Source: Anaerohalosphaeraceae bacterium
GTDB lineage: Bacteria > Planctomycetota > Phycisphaerae > Sedimentisphaerales > Anaerohalosphaeraceae
Direction of reading: 5' to 3'
DNA length: 64,000 nucleotides
Assembly (NCBI GenBank): GCA_963675525.2
Contig: CAXXSL010000011.1
Span: 384,001 to 448,000 of the forward strand
Positions 1-11,122 of the stretch are shown in pieces. The position numbers and the translations under genes were made by a program. Position 1 is the stretch's first letter. Each line of letters opens with the position of its first letter. The notes under the pieces are model-generated. The model saw only the letters and a list, made by a program, of their open reading frames with translations. It ran no database searches and was not told the origin of the DNA.

Positions 1-1
1 C

Positions 2-1057
2 TTTTAATTTTTCTTTATCATTGGGCAGGAGCTTAGCGATCAGTATTTGACGTAAAACCGCACGCAGAAACTGACAGATAAGAAAAACAACCGGCAGTAA
101 AACACAAAGATTCGCATGGACATAACCGGTGTTTTTGGCCCAGACAGCCAGCACCGCCCCACCCCATAACCCAAATACACTGAACAGAGCGCTGAACAAT
201 CCGAACAGCCACATCCCGGGGGTGTAGATTCGGGCAATCACGAATTGCCTGCGAGCAAATTCAATGAGTTTTGACCATGTGGTCATTTCATAAGAGGCGA
301 TCATACACGCCGGAACAAAGGCCATCAGAAGGCCTTTTTGACGTACCGCCGAACTTAAAGACAGGTCATCGCTGAGAACTTTCTGCCATGTTTTGTCGAG
401 GTTCAGCTCTCGGAATGTTTTGACCAAGATCGCCATTGAACCGCCCCATGCAAGATTGAATCGCGTGTTGCCAAGTAACTCACAGATTTTTGCGTTGACG
501 GCCGCCAACACTATCGTTGCCATATTGTTTCGGTTGGGCACAAAGCAACGATAGCCGCTGGCGGCACCGGTTTTATCCCGGCGCAGCGGATAAACAAGAT
601 GCGCCAGCCAACTGGGACCGGCACAGGCATCCGAATCGGCAAACACCAGTGCTTCGGCGCTGTTCGGAATTTGATGATAACCGTACAGAAGGTTATGCAG
701 TTTTTGACTGCATGAGTCACTTTTACCGGCAACCAGAATCTTCACAGAAGCGGCCTGGCTGGTTTGGGCATGGCGGGCCTTCAGGTACAGCAGGCGTTCA
801 TAGGCAGGGTCTGTGCGCTCCTGCACAACAAAGAAAAGGTGATAGTTCTCGTATTCCTGCCGGAAAAACGATTCGATGTTTTTATCGAATGTCTCATCAA
901 GCCCCTTGCAGGGAACAATCAGCACACATCGGGGCCGGTACCATTTGCGCGATCGTTTATATTTGTTCATGGCATAGCGAAAATTGTTGATCACCTGCAC
1001 GGTAAACAACAATTGCACTGTAATCGCTACAATGATAATATATTCTGGAAAACCCAT
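2..1057 (-). CDS. GT21/HpnI-like (ceramide glucosyltransferase-like) membrane glycosyltransferase, 3' end runs off the window
   Basis: Absent from the ORF track because no stop lies in the window. Manual translation from ATG 1057: MGFPEYIIIVAITVQLL...IVPCKGLD...SQKLHNL...FADSD...AWGGSMA...LSDD...FARRQ. These are GT-A motifs with an N-terminal TM and C-terminal TMs. Confidence 0.8.
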   Translation of the reverse strand, partial: MGFPEYIIIVAITVQLLFTVQVINNFRYAMNKYKRSRKWYRPRCVLIVPCKGLDETFDKNIESFFRQEYENYHLFFVVQERTDPAYERLLYLKARHAQTSQAASVKILVAGKSDSCSQKLHNLLYGYHQIPNSAEALVFADSDACAGPSWLAHLVYPLRRDKTGAASGYRCFVPNRNNMATIVLAAVNAKICELLGNTRFNLAWGGSMAILVKTFRELNLDKTWQKVLSDDLSLSSAVRQKGLLMAFVPACMIASYEMTTWSKLIEFARRQFVIARIYTPGMWLFGLFSALFSVFGLWGGAVLAVWAKNTGYVHANLCVLLPVVFLICQFLRAVLRQILIAKLLPNDKEKLK

Positions 1058-1127
1058 ATTTATCCTGAAAAGCTTAACAAGGCGGTTTAAAGATTATTGT
1101 TTTCATTTTCGAGGTATATGTTAAACT

Positions 1128-2522
1128 ATGTGCACGAAATGGCAACCTTTATTTTGCAGCAGGCCACTTGTGGAAAATGCTTTTGAAATGACAATTCGGG
1201 ATGAAATTGCGGGCGGTAAAGCGACCATTTTACGCTGTGGGCCCATCCTTCGCCATATTGCCGGTCGCCGCACTGTCTATGAGGGGCAGTGTCACGGTCG
1301 AGCGGCCATCATCAAATGCTTTACTTCCACCTTCAACGGCAAACGCCACTTCACCAAAGAGGTAACCGGCTTTGAGGCACTGAAGTCGCGAGGGCTTGAA
1401 ACTGCCGATATTATAGCAATGGGAAAAAATGCCGACGGTCATCATGTGCTGGTGCTTGAGAAAATCCAACATGCATCAGATGTTTTCAGCCTTGTCGAAT
1501 CGGCAAACCATACAGGGCAAATTTTTGAAGCGGTTTTCCGGCATCTGGGAAAAATGCATGACGCGGGAGTAGTACAGCGGGATCTTCATCTGGGAAACTT
1601 TCTATGGGACGGCCAATCCGTTTATGCACTGGATCCGGCGGAAATGTCTTTTGCTAACAACTCGCTCGACAGAGTCGCAAGTTTTAAGCAGTTGGGATGC
1701 CTGTTTGCCAGCCTTCCCGAATCCTATTGGGGCACGATGCCTGCTTTACTGGAGGTATACTTTCAGGCACGGAAATGGAATCTGGATACTGCGGCGACCG
1801 AAGCGATCGAGTCACTCACCCAAAAAGAACGTTTGCGACGGGTTAATCGGGCACTGGGAAAAACCCTGCGAACGTCCAAACGCTATATCCGCAAAAAACG
1901 AGGCCGATATTCAGGTGTTTTTCTACGGAATGTGTTTGCCGAGCAGGACATCTTATCCTTCATGCCGGACATCGACGAGCAAATGGAAGCCGGAACTATA
2001 TTAAAACGCGGCAATACCTGCTTTGTCAGTAAGATCAATGTCGGCGGTCGGGATATTGCCGTGAAGCGTTATAACCATAAAGGACTTTGGCATTCGCTGC
2101 GGCACACGCTTAAAGGCAGCCGCGCCAAAAAATGCTGGCTGTTCGGGCATCGGCTCGGTGAACTAGGCATCGCGACGGCTAAGCCGATGGGCTTTCTGGA
2201 AGAGCGAAAATGCGGGCTGATATGGCAGTCTTACATTCTCAATGAATTTGTCGAAGGACCGAACATCCGGGACTACTTCGATCGGGCTGAGACTCCCCAA
2301 AACGTAAAAGAGGAACTATCGCGAAACACACAAACGATGCTTGATAATCTTGTTCACTTCAAAATGACTCACGGCGACTTGAAACCAAGCAATATTCTGA
2401 TTCATCAGGACAACCCGGTTTTAATCGATCTGGATTCGATGAAACGGCATTGCAGTCGGTACCTGCTGGCAGTGTATCAACAAAAAATGAATGCCAACGT
2501 CAATGAACGAAATATTTTATAG
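1128..2522 (+). CDS. Tandem-domain lipopolysaccharide kinase (Kdo/WaaP/InaA family)
   Basis: Two kinase-like halves, with catalytic loops QRDLHLGN..LDP and HGDLKPSN..IDLD, plus VKRYN and SRAKKCW motifs. The true start may be slightly downstream. Confidence 0.85.
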   Translation: MCTKWQPLFCSRPLVENAFEMTIRDEIAGGKATILRCGPILRHIAGRRTVYEGQCHGRAAIIKCFTSTFNGKRHFTKEVTGFEALKSRGLETADIIAMGKNADGHHVLVLEKIQHASDVFSLVESANHTGQIFEAVFRHLGKMHDAGVVQRDLHLGNFLWDGQSVYALDPAEMSFANNSLDRVASFKQLGCLFASLPESYWGTMPALLEVYFQARKWNLDTAATEAIESLTQKERLRRVNRALGKTLRTSKRYIRKKRGRYSGVFLRNVFAEQDILSFMPDIDEQMEAGTILKRGNTCFVSKINVGGRDIAVKRYNHKGLWHSLRHTLKGSRAKKCWLFGHRLGELGIATAKPMGFLEERKCGLIWQSYILNEFVEGPNIRDYFDRAETPQNVKEELSRNTQTMLDNLVHFKMTHGDLKPSNILIHQDNPVLIDLDSMKRHCSRYLLAVYQQKMNANVNERNIL

Positions 2523-2801
2523 AAAGAGTAGTTTTTGAAAAAAACCAGAAAGCTTTTTTTACATCTCACGGTCTTCGCTGTTTCGGCAATTTTTTCAACT
2601 ACAGCCAAGACGATACGATCAATCAGAATAACAAACGAAATGCGACCGTTTTGAAATTATTGGAGGGTGAAAAAACGCAACCATCTTGCTGGATAACGGC
2701 ATTGAAACGTACCACCCGGCCTGTTACGGCGTTCGGTTGGTTTGCGGAATTGAGCGGCAATCATTTTTTGTGATGAAAGAAATCGACAAATGCGGAAAAA
2801 G

Positions 2802-4394
2802 CTAATCCATATAACCAAGATCTGCCAACCGTCTGATAACTTCGTCTTCCTCGCTGTCCGTCAGGTCGGCTTTTTGGCGGGTCTTCTCGGATGCTTCCTC
2901 AACAGTTCGACAGATCACATTTGGTTTTTGGGTAAAGATGTCTTCGATATATTGCCCGTCCAAATGGCCCGGTATCGGAACCTCCAATAACGCATAGACC
3001 GTCGGTGTAATATTGACAATGTGAGATTGGATGCAATAATTTTGTTTAATTGCGGCCCCGTTTACAAGGAAAACACCGTCGGGACTGTGGCATCCGGATA
3101 TATCGTCGCTGCCGGTTGCCTCGACCGGCGGTTTTCTTATCGAGGTCGTCTGGTGCAGAATATAGCCCTGCCTGGGAATCAGTAATAAGTCTCCTGTGAT
3201 TTCGGGATCCAGATCATCTTTTCCAAAAAATTCTTCAGGCGTAGCAACCGTATCAAAAATAGGTTTCTGAGACTTCGGATCAAGCACGGATTGAAACCGC
3301 GATTTAAGGTCATTTAACATCTCTCCGTAGCCCGAATTCGCATTCACCCGGTCGTTTGGGATGCGGTCTTTCACATTTAAATAAATAAATCCATACATTG
3401 CCGGATAAACCATCATTGCCTTTGAATGCCGCCAGTTGACAGGTGTTTTAAATTCGATACCCGCATTGTCCAGTCTCTTGTGAAAAAACGAATCCAGATT
3501 TCGTCTGACACGGCGAAACGCTCTCTGCAAAGGCGACTGGATCTTTAAATAACCCCACTGGTGAAGCAGAACATTCGGTCTGACGGTTCCCTTCATACCG
3601 CAAAAACCGTGATCACTGACTAACAGGACATGCGCATCGGTCTTGTCGGCCAGTTCCATAAGCCGCCCGATAACCGCATCCAGTTTACGAAACATTTTAT
3701 ATATCCGGTCCCGCTGAAAGGGATATTGATCCCGGCTCTGGCTGTCAATAAATGCCCAGATACGATGCTGGAGCATATCAACATTCTGAATCTCCACCAT
3801 CAGGACATCCGGCTTGATTTTGTCGTTCACGAAAGCAGCCGCTTCCACACGCTGTTCAAAACACCTTTCAACACGGGCGATATTGGCATCAAAGACTTCC
3901 GGCTGGTCATCATTCTCGTTTTGCCAGTCGGCCAAAACCCTGTAGTCCGGGATCGCCTGAAGAAGTTCGTCGCGAAAATCAACTGGATACGTAAACTGTG
4001 AATCAACACCCGGTATCCCATATCCAGCCACTATGATGCCGTTGACTTTTCTACAGGGGTATGTCCAGGGAACATTGATCGCGGCCACTTTGAAACCCTG
4101 CCCACTCAATGTCTCAAACAGATTCGGAACACGGCAACTGGCTGCGGTACTGACATGTAGTGCATTTGTTTTGAAACAAAAGTCTCTGAATCCGACAACA
4201 CCATGCGTATAAGGATGGCAGCCGGTAATACAGGTTGTCCAGGCAGCCGGGGTAATGGGCGGAACCGTTGATTTCAGGATACCGGAACTGCCCTGTGTTT
4301 TCAGTCGGCGCAGATTAGGCATGAACTGATCGAGTACAAAATCGTTAAAGACAGTCCAGGTCGCTCCATCCAGCCCAATGATCAATACTTTCAA
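2802..4394 (-). CDS. Alkaline-phosphatase-superfamily type I phosphodiesterase/nucleotide pyrophosphatase
   Basis: IIGLDG, STVPPITPAAWT, SDHGF, GCHSPDG and C-terminal RLADLGY motifs. TTG start with an AAGGAG SD. Confidence 0.85.
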   Translation of the reverse strand: MKVLIIGLDGATWTVFNDFVLDQFMPNLRRLKTQGSSGILKSTVPPITPAAWTTCITGCHPYTHGVVGFRDFCFKTNALHVSTAASCRVPNLFETLSGQGFKVAAINVPWTYPCRKVNGIIVAGYGIPGVDSQFTYPVDFRDELLQAIPDYRVLADWQNENDDQPEVFDANIARVERCFEQRVEAAAFVNDKIKPDVLMVEIQNVDMLQHRIWAFIDSQSRDQYPFQRDRIYKMFRKLDAVIGRLMELADKTDAHVLLVSDHGFCGMKGTVRPNVLLHQWGYLKIQSPLQRAFRRVRRNLDSFFHKRLDNAGIEFKTPVNWRHSKAMMVYPAMYGFIYLNVKDRIPNDRVNANSGYGEMLNDLKSRFQSVLDPKSQKPIFDTVATPEEFFGKDDLDPEITGDLLLIPRQGYILHQTTSIRKPPVEATGSDDISGCHSPDGVFLVNGAAIKQNYCIQSHIVNITPTVYALLEVPIPGHLDGQYIEDIFTQKPNVICRTVEEASEKTRQKADLTDSEEDEVIRRLADLGYMD

Positions 4395-4421
4395 GACTTC
4401 TCCTTGGTATTTTGAATCGTT

Positions 4422-5375
4422 TTATTTGTTCTCGCCAACATTGACCGGTTTGACATCATCTGCGGCCTCAAGAATCAACGCTGCAAGGTCCTGCGAAAAT
4501 TGCAGTGCGCCAGTGTCCTGAAGATGCGAACCATCGATACATTCATACTTACACAGGTCAACATCAATCCAAGTGCCGCCGGCTCGCTTGAAGTCCGCCA
4601 CAAATGCGTCCTGATTAAAACCGCTCACCTGCTGCTCAACATCCACCATCTGCGGGCAGGTGGGCAAAATAAATCCGTACACATCAATGCCTTGCGATCT
4701 CCATTTCGTGACATATTCCATGATCGTATTGATGACTTCGTCGGAAACCTGCCGGTCTTCAAATATCTTGCGGTAACGTTTTACTTCATCCAGCGATAAC
4801 GGCTGTTTGTGAACCGCCACCCATCCGTCCGGCCTGTAATTCTTCAGTGTATGCGTTGGCGCAAGGCTGGGAAGCAAGCCTTGCATCGCATCGCGAAATG
4901 ACATCGGCTCAAAGAAATTGACCATTGCGCCAAAATGAATATCCAAAAAAGAATCCTGTTTGGACTGACGACTAAGCTCAATGAAATGCCCTTGTACCGT
5001 TTCTCGGTGGGTCAGCGAATGCGGAGAAATGCCCATAAAGACAGCGCGCTTGTCCGCACCCTCCCAAAACAACGCCTCAGTGGCTTCCAGGTACTGACGG
5101 GAATACCAGTTGGCACCAAAACCGTAGTTGCGTATCTGACGATAAAGAAGGTTTTTCTGCAATTCCTCCGGTGAAACCCCCATCAGCGCTCTCGAATCAC
5201 CCGTAATGACTCCATCGGCGCAGTTTTTCCAATGAATTTTGGTCGCCCAATATTCTTTAGGATAGAGTCCCGGAACTTTGTCCGGGCGCAAAGACCCCAT
5301 AACCACCATCAAAACGATTGCCAACAACACAGTGGCGACAGTTCTGTCCGAAAAAATTTGTTTAAGCTTTTTCAT
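4422..5375 (-). CDS. Membrane-anchored SGNH-like (AlgJ/DltD-like) acyl-transfer partner
   Basis: N-terminal TM, GDSR and DGSHL (DxxH) motifs. Lies directly downstream of the MBOAT gene. Confidence 0.65.
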   Translation of the reverse strand: MKKLKQIFSDRTVATVLLAIVLMVVMGSLRPDKVPGLYPKEYWATKIHWKNCADGVITGDSRALMGVSPEELQKNLLYRQIRNYGFGANWYSRQYLEATEALFWEGADKRAVFMGISPHSLTHRETVQGHFIELSRQSKQDSFLDIHFGAMVNFFEPMSFRDAMQGLLPSLAPTHTLKNYRPDGWVAVHKQPLSLDEVKRYRKIFEDRQVSDEVINTIMEYVTKWRSQGIDVYGFILPTCPQMVDVEQQVSGFNQDAFVADFKRAGGTWIDVDLCKYECIDGSHLQDTGALQFSQDLAALILEAADDVKPVNVGENK

Positions 5376-5408
5376 ATCTTACTCTTACCTCAACGCGTGC
5401 GGCAATCC

Positions 5409-6830
5409 TTAAAACTGAAAATAAATAAACGTGTTACTGGGTGCCCGCATAAACACGCACATCAAAATAATGACAGCAATACAGACCGAATCGAAGGCGA
5501 TTTTGAAGCGGTTGCGGGAAACAGACCAATCCGCCTTGTCGGAACCAAAATAAAAGAATAACTGAGAACCGATTATCAGGATCAGTACGTTGATCGCATT
5601 ATTATCCACCAGGTCATGAACCACGCCGGCATTGAAGGCACTGAAGTTAAACATCGTCGCCAGAACAGCAAAGGCCTGATGCATTGATTGTGCGCGGAAA
5701 AAAACCCACGCAACCGTGGTCAGCAGGAACACCGTCAAAGTTGCCACATGACGTCCGCCCGGAAGTTTAAGAACATGTTTCGGCCAATTGGTAATTCTTT
5801 CAAAGGACAGGAAAAAGCTGTGCATCGCCGCCCATCCGATAAAGGGCCAGGCCGCTCCGTGCCACAGCCCGGAAATGAGCATCGTCGTCCACATATTAAC
5901 ATGTGACCTGAGCTTTCCTTTTTTGGAACCGCCCAAGCTGAAATAAATGTAATCACGGAACCAGGTGGACAGTGAGATGTGCCATCGCTCCCAGAAATCC
6001 CTGAAACTGGAGGCAATGTAAGGATTTCGAAAGTTGACCGGAAATTCATAGCCCATCCACTTGCCGAGACCCCGCGCGATATCCGTATAGCCGCTGAAAT
6101 CACAGTATATCTGAAAAGCAAACATGATCATCACCATCCACCAGTACGCAGCAGAGTGAATCATTGCAGGGGCTCCGAAGGCCATATTGACCACTGCGGC
6201 CAACGTATCGGCAACAACCACCTTCTTGAAAAAACCAAATGCGATAAGATTAAGGCCCTCCCATCGTTTCTGCGGACCAACCGGTTCTGCAGATTCCAAC
6301 TGAGGCAGTAAATCCCGTGCGCGAACGATGGGGCCGGCCACCAGTTGTGGGAACAACGATAAATACGCAAAGAAATGAAACACATTATGAGTAGGCTTGA
6401 GTTCATCGCGGTAGATATCAATCGTGTAACTCATGGATTGGAACGTATAAAAACTGATACCCACGGGCAGAATCAGGTGTGCCATAGGAATCTGGATATC
6501 CGCTCCAACTAACTGGAATATCCAGTTTAGATTCGCCAGGCCGAAATCAAGATACTTAAACAGACCCAGCGAACCGATATTGCCGATGATCGACAGGATC
6601 AGCCAGAGGCGTTTTTTCGCGGGAAATTTGGCCATTGCCAGACCGGCAAAATAGTCGATAAAACCACTGCCCATAATCAGGAACAGAAACCGCCAGTCCC
6701 ACCAACCGTAAAATACAAACGAGGCAAACACCAGATATATCCAGCGGGTGTTATTTCGCCTGCGCATCAGGGGCCAAATCGAAAAGAAGATGATGGCAAA
6801 CAGTATGAAAACTAACGAATTAAACTGCAT
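5409..6830 (-). CDS. MBOAT family O-acyltransferase (AlgI/DltB-like)
   Basis: LPVGISFYTFQ, PQLVAGPI, FQIYCDFSGY, FWERWHISLS, GLWHGA and terminal FIYFQF motifs. Confidence 0.95.
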   Translation of the reverse strand: MQFNSLVFILFAIIFFSIWPLMRRRNNTRWIYLVFASFVFYGWWDWRFLFLIMGSGFIDYFAGLAMAKFPAKKRLWLILSIIGNIGSLGLFKYLDFGLANLNWIFQLVGADIQIPMAHLILPVGISFYTFQSMSYTIDIYRDELKPTHNVFHFFAYLSLFPQLVAGPIVRARDLLPQLESAEPVGPQKRWEGLNLIAFGFFKKVVVADTLAAVVNMAFGAPAMIHSAAYWWMVMIMFAFQIYCDFSGYTDIARGLGKWMGYEFPVNFRNPYIASSFRDFWERWHISLSTWFRDYIYFSLGGSKKGKLRSHVNMWTTMLISGLWHGAAWPFIGWAAMHSFFLSFERITNWPKHVLKLPGGRHVATLTVFLLTTVAWVFFRAQSMHQAFAVLATMFNFSAFNAGVVHDLVDNNAINVLILIIGSQLFFYFGSDKADWSVSRNRFKIAFDSVCIAVIILMCVFMRAPSNTFIYFQF

Positions 6831-6845
6831 ATTGAATCATCCCTG

Positions 6846-7763
6846 TTAAACAATATCAGAACATGAGTGGTTGGCGGAGGGCTTATCCTTGAGCCATTTT
6901 CGATATCGCCTACCCAACTTTCGCCGGATGATATTTTTATCGCCGTAAAGTTTTCTGGCCCATCGCGGCAGTAACTGCATTTTTTCTTCATTAAAAGATA
7001 TCTGCTGCCAGGGTGATTTCCCATACCCTCGGATAAAAACCGTCCCGTCAATACCACAAAAAAGATGGGTCACCATCGGTTGGTTGGTCAACATCCGGTC
7101 CACTGAATTATCCGCAATGCCAAAAAGATGGAAATATTGCCTGTCCACAAAAATACCATTGCACTGCGTACAGGCGACAAGTTCATAACCCTTGGACGCA
7201 GCCAAATTAGAAATGGAAAGGATGCTGGAACCCTGTCCGATGCTCATGTCTCTGGGCTGGACAAATTCCACGACCTTGGGAATCGTCGGATTATATTCGA
7301 TGATCACCACTTTGGGTTTATACTCTTTGACCGAATCCCAAACGTGATAGTCATTGCCATCAATATCAATCGATAAAAGATCAAAGTCTTTCGGAATTGG
7401 GGTATCCTTGAGAATCACATCCAGATTATTATCCGTTTGAAATCCAACCATCTTATTCATACAAATAACATTTTTGTTCTCACAAAAATTTTTAACCAGA
7501 TCCTTAAATCGTTTAGGCGAAGCCTCGATCAGAATCGCCGAGTAGCCCTTTTGCGTAATGAAAGTGTAGGTGTTGCTGCAGACCTTGCCGTCCCAACTGC
7601 CGAATTCGACGCACCACTTATCCTGGCGACCAATCGTCTCCAATACTTTAGCCAGAATACCATCCTCACCAAACTGTGAGGTTTCATTGCAGGCATAATC
7701 CAGCAACCATGTACTGGGGTTGCTGTTTTTATTTTCAGTTTCACTACAAGCCCGTTCGTTCAT
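6846..7763 (-). CDS. FkbM-like methyltransferase
   Basis: SQFGEDG, VEFGSWDG, DLLSIDIDGNDY and IEYN motifs. Confidence 0.7.
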   Translation of the reverse strand: MNERACSETENKNSNPSTWLLDYACNETSQFGEDGILAKVLETIGRQDKWCVEFGSWDGKVCSNTYTFITQKGYSAILIEASPKRFKDLVKNFCENKNVICMNKMVGFQTDNNLDVILKDTPIPKDFDLLSIDIDGNDYHVWDSVKEYKPKVVIIEYNPTIPKVVEFVQPRDMSIGQGSSILSISNLAASKGYELVACTQCNGIFVDRQYFHLFGIADNSVDRMLTNQPMVTHLFCGIDGTVFIRGYGKSPWQQISFNEEKMQLLPRWARKLYGDKNIIRRKLGRRYRKWLKDKPSANHSCSDIV

Positions 7764-7772
7764 TGACCCATC

Positions 7773-8432
7773 CTATTGAAGATGTATTCGAATAATATCG
7801 TTTTCTACCTCAAATCCCCATTGTGGCTTTTGAGAAATGATATGATTTTTCAGTTCAGAAATTTCCGGATACCCCTCTGCGCCCACGAAACACCGGGAGT
7901 CATCAACCAAAATAATATGACTGTCCGCCTTCGGGTGGTTTAGAATGCAGTCCATTTCCTGCATAATGGGGCTGTCTTGCGGCCCCCTGGCTGTTTTTCC
8001 GCCAGAGTAGTGTGCATCCAGCCAAAACAGACACGGTTGGTCAATTTGTTTTAAGATCTCCGGGAGGACATCGCCGCTCTGACCATGTATAATTTGTATG
8101 TCCGGATAACCCACAAATCGGGCAGCCGCTTTTTCATAATACCCCCGATCCAGTTCAATTGAATAAATACGTTTGATATACGGCATGACGGCATAAACCA
8201 TTTTACCTTTGTATGTGCCGGTTTCGATAAAGATTTCGGGCTTGTACTGTTGGATGTAATCGATCACTGTCTGTTGTTTGCCGTAATTGGGCATCGCCCC
8301 GGACATGCCCTGTGACTGCCAGGCAATAAATTTTTTTCGTAACTGCCGACGGCGATGCAACCGCGCAATCGTTCCGATCGGCGTAGTGCGTTCTATTAAA
8401 TATTTCAACGGTTCTCTGGGCATTATAATCAA
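7773..8432 (-). CDS. Putative class I SAM methyltransferase
   Basis: FIETGTYKG, SIEL, GQS, FWLDAH and DD motifs. Confidence 0.65.
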   Translation of the reverse strand: MIIMPREPLKYLIERTTPIGTIARLHRRRQLRKKFIAWQSQGMSGAMPNYGKQQTVIDYIQQYKPEIFIETGTYKGKMVYAVMPYIKRIYSIELDRGYYEKAAARFVGYPDIQIIHGQSGDVLPEILKQIDQPCLFWLDAHYSGGKTARGPQDSPIMQEMDCILNHPKADSHIILVDDSRCFVGAEGYPEISELKNHIISQKPQWGFEVENDIIRIHLQ

Positions 8433-8529
8433 GCGGCCTTAAAAAGGACACGCATTCTCCAAAAAGAATAATGACAACTAGCTCTTGGGATTTTACCGAA
8501 ATATCTACCATAATCAACACAAAAATGGA

Positions 8530-9516
8530 TTATTCACCCATCTGTGTTTTGATGATCCTTAAAAATTCATTTGCCAAAACTGGCGTATCGTACTGCCTGA
8601 TAAACTGTTTCGCTTTTTGGCTCATTTGTTCACGCCGTTCGGGATGCCGAGCCAGATTTTCAATCGCCTCCTGCCATTGCTGCGGGGTGTTCGCCACGAA
8701 TCCGGCACAGCTCTTTTCAATTAATTCGGCATTAACACCGACGGGCGAGGCAATCACCGGCAGTCCGGCGGCAAAATATTGCAGGATTTTAAAGCCGCAT
8801 TTGCCGCGTGTAAAGCGATTATCCGGCAACGGCGCCAACCCGATATCGCATCCCAGCAAATCCGTAGCCTGTGTATCGAGTTCCCACATGTGCTTTTCCA
8901 GTTTCAGGTAATGAAGCGTTGGGAAATCATCGGCGATCACACGCAAACACAGACAGACATCTTCTTTGGAAGCCTGCTCAAGAATCGGGCAGATCTCCTG
9001 CAGATACTTCAGTGTGCTCCGGCTGCCGATCCAGACAAGCCGGATTTTGTGGTCTTGCCTTTTTACGGAATCTGACAGATAGGGTTTTGTATCCAGCCCT
9101 GTTGGCAAAACATGCACATTTGAACAAAACCGGCGGGCATGTTCGGCCAGATAATCATTGCCGGCAATCACACAATCAGCCAGTTGGACGGTTCGTTTGA
9201 ACAATCGAAAGTGGCTCGTTCGGTCGGAATCCGGTTTTTTCGGGCTGTACATGATCGCATCGTCAAAATCGTAAATGATCTTTTGGGCGTGGCGGCGAAG
9301 GGTTTTCGCGTCGAAGAAATTCAGACATTTTTTGTGCAGCAGCACAGCATCATAATTGCGGGCAGATTTAAAAAGCAGCCATCGCCGGAATCTTTCTTTC
9401 GGTAATTGATAAACTTCGGAAAAGACTCCGTTTTCCTGAAAAAACGGTAAAAAATCACCGATTCGCTGCCGATAACTTGGACGAGATAAATTATTACTGA
9501 GAATTAATAGTTTCAC
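8530..9516 (-). CDS. GT4 glycosyltransferase
   Basis: YDFDDA, WIGS and GKCGFKILQYFAAGLPVIASPVG motifs. Confidence 0.9.
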   Translation of the reverse strand: MKLLILSNNLSRPSYRQRIGDFLPFFQENGVFSEVYQLPKERFRRWLLFKSARNYDAVLLHKKCLNFFDAKTLRRHAQKIIYDFDDAIMYSPKKPDSDRTSHFRLFKRTVQLADCVIAGNDYLAEHARRFCSNVHVLPTGLDTKPYLSDSVKRQDHKIRLVWIGSRSTLKYLQEICPILEQASKEDVCLCLRVIADDFPTLHYLKLEKHMWELDTQATDLLGCDIGLAPLPDNRFTRGKCGFKILQYFAAGLPVIASPVGVNAELIEKSCAGFVANTPQQWQEAIENLARHPERREQMSQKAKQFIRQYDTPVLANEFLRIIKTQMGE

Positions 9517-9709
9517 CAGATTTCCTCTGTCAGGCCAGCAGTCTTCTCGCAGAAATAATAACTTTTTCGCTATCAGTAAAGAGGCTGTTACACAAACCCG
9601 TCTTTGAAAGATTCAACCGCCGTTTTTTGATTCAAAAACACGGTTTTGTTGTTGCAATTTTGGTATTATGCAACAGATCTAAAGCTCAAACCTCGATCTG
9701 ACTTCTATC

Positions 9710-10351
9710 TTACAAACCTAATGCTTTGCGGCTACTTGATGATAAAAGAGGCGGTGTCAGCAATTTTCGAATTCGCCGGAACCCTGTTATATTCCTTTGC
9801 CGGTAATGCTGTTTTTGCCACTCTATGTACCGGGCATGTAAATCGCCTGTCGAAAACGACTGTCCCTTAAAACCGATACCAACCACAGTATGGGGAAACG
9901 CTTCAAACCCGGCAAAAGTCACAAATGACGATGAAAACGGCTTGAGAATGGATTTAAATGCTTCCGGTGTAAAACGCCAATAATCATGCGGATAATCATG
10001 GATACGGAATTGCATCACACTCGATATAACAACAACACCGTCAGGTTTCAGGACTCGATGAATTTCCTGCATCGCCTTGTGCGGATACTCCACATGTTCG
10101 AGCGTATCCAGGCAAAGAAGAGTACCCACTGAGTTATCCGGAAGGTCAATATCGTGCAGATTCAGCAGTTTGTCAACACCCAGTCCTTCACGCATATCTG
10201 CACCGATATATTCTTTCCCTGGGAACAGAGGCCGAAGATCGGCAAATGTCTCCTGTCCGGCGACTCGCAGTGACCCGAACTCATAAATCGGCTCAGCAAT
10301 CGGCAATATCCCTGCACTAATAACCATAAAATCTTTTACAACTTGCCGCAT
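9710..10351 (-). CDS. Class I SAM-dependent methyltransferase
   Basis: TLEHV, RVLKPDG and HDYPHDYWRF motifs. Confidence 0.85.
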   Translation of the reverse strand: MRQVVKDFMVISAGILPIAEPIYEFGSLRVAGQETFADLRPLFPGKEYIGADMREGLGVDKLLNLHDIDLPDNSVGTLLCLDTLEHVEYPHKAMQEIHRVLKPDGVVVISSVMQFRIHDYPHDYWRFTPEAFKSILKPFSSSFVTFAGFEAFPHTVVGIGFKGQSFSTGDLHARYIEWQKQHYRQRNITGFRRIRKLLTPPLLSSSSRKALGL

Positions 10352-10489
10352 AGAAATTCTCCTTTTATTTCCAAAAGATTCAGATAGAATATTGAAATTC
10401 AGTAGGAAAACAAGTAAAATTTATTTGTTATAGGATTTTATGGGTAAAAATCAGAACTTATGATTCAAGCCCGATAGAGTGAGGAAAGA

Positions 10490-11122
10490 ATGGAAACCCT
10501 TGTAAAAATAAATCTTGAGCAATTATTAACTTGCAATCAGCCGGTCATTATTGACATCGGTTGCGGTGAAAAGAAAAAAAGCGGTCGGATTGGGATTGAC
10601 CGGGTTGACCGACCGGGAATTGATATTGTGGCAGATGTCGAACGGGGACTGCCTTTTTTTCCAGACCATTCCGTTGACGAGATACACTGCAGAAGTGTCC
10701 TAGAGCACATTAAAAACTTTGACTTTTTGCTAAGTGAAATGATGCGGGTTTTGAAGAAAAGCGGTCGGTTATACATCTTTGTCCCGCATTTCTCAAACCC
10801 CTATTATTACTCTGATCCAACTCACTTACGATTCTTCGGCCTTTATACATTCTATTATTACACTGACACAGAACACCAGTTAAGCCGGAAAGTCCCCAAT
10901 TTTTATTCCGACCTGCGAATACAGATTTTTTTTAAACGTCTGATATTTCGATCAAAATTCGGCCTGTTCGGTTTTCTGCGAAAGGCTTTTGGCAGACTAA
11001 TTAATACCTGTACGCGTTTTCAGGAATACTACGAGGAAAATCTCGTTTATAAAATCCCCGCTCATGGAATCGAGTTTGTCATCGGACATCCTTCTCCTTC
11101 AAAAGGAGAAGTTCGTTCATAA
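10490..11122 (+). CDS. Class I SAM-dependent methyltransferase
   Basis: DIGCG, VLEH, RVLKKSG, VPH and DPTH motifs. Runs opposite to its neighbours. Confidence 0.85.
   Translation: METLVKINLEQLLTCNQPVIIDIGCGEKKKSGRIGIDRVDRPGIDIVADVERGLPFFPDHSVDEIHCRSVLEHIKNFDFLLSEMMRVLKKSGRLYIFVPHFSNPYYYSDPTHLRFFGLYTFYYYTDTEHQLSRKVPNFYSDLRIQIFFKRLIFRSKFGLFGFLRKAFGRLINTCTRFQEYYEENLVYKIPAHGIEFVIGHPSPSKGEVRS

Noticed and set aside
517..1090. Plus-strand ORFs of 157 and 108 aa
   Set aside because: Antisense to the real minus-strand glycosyltransferase.
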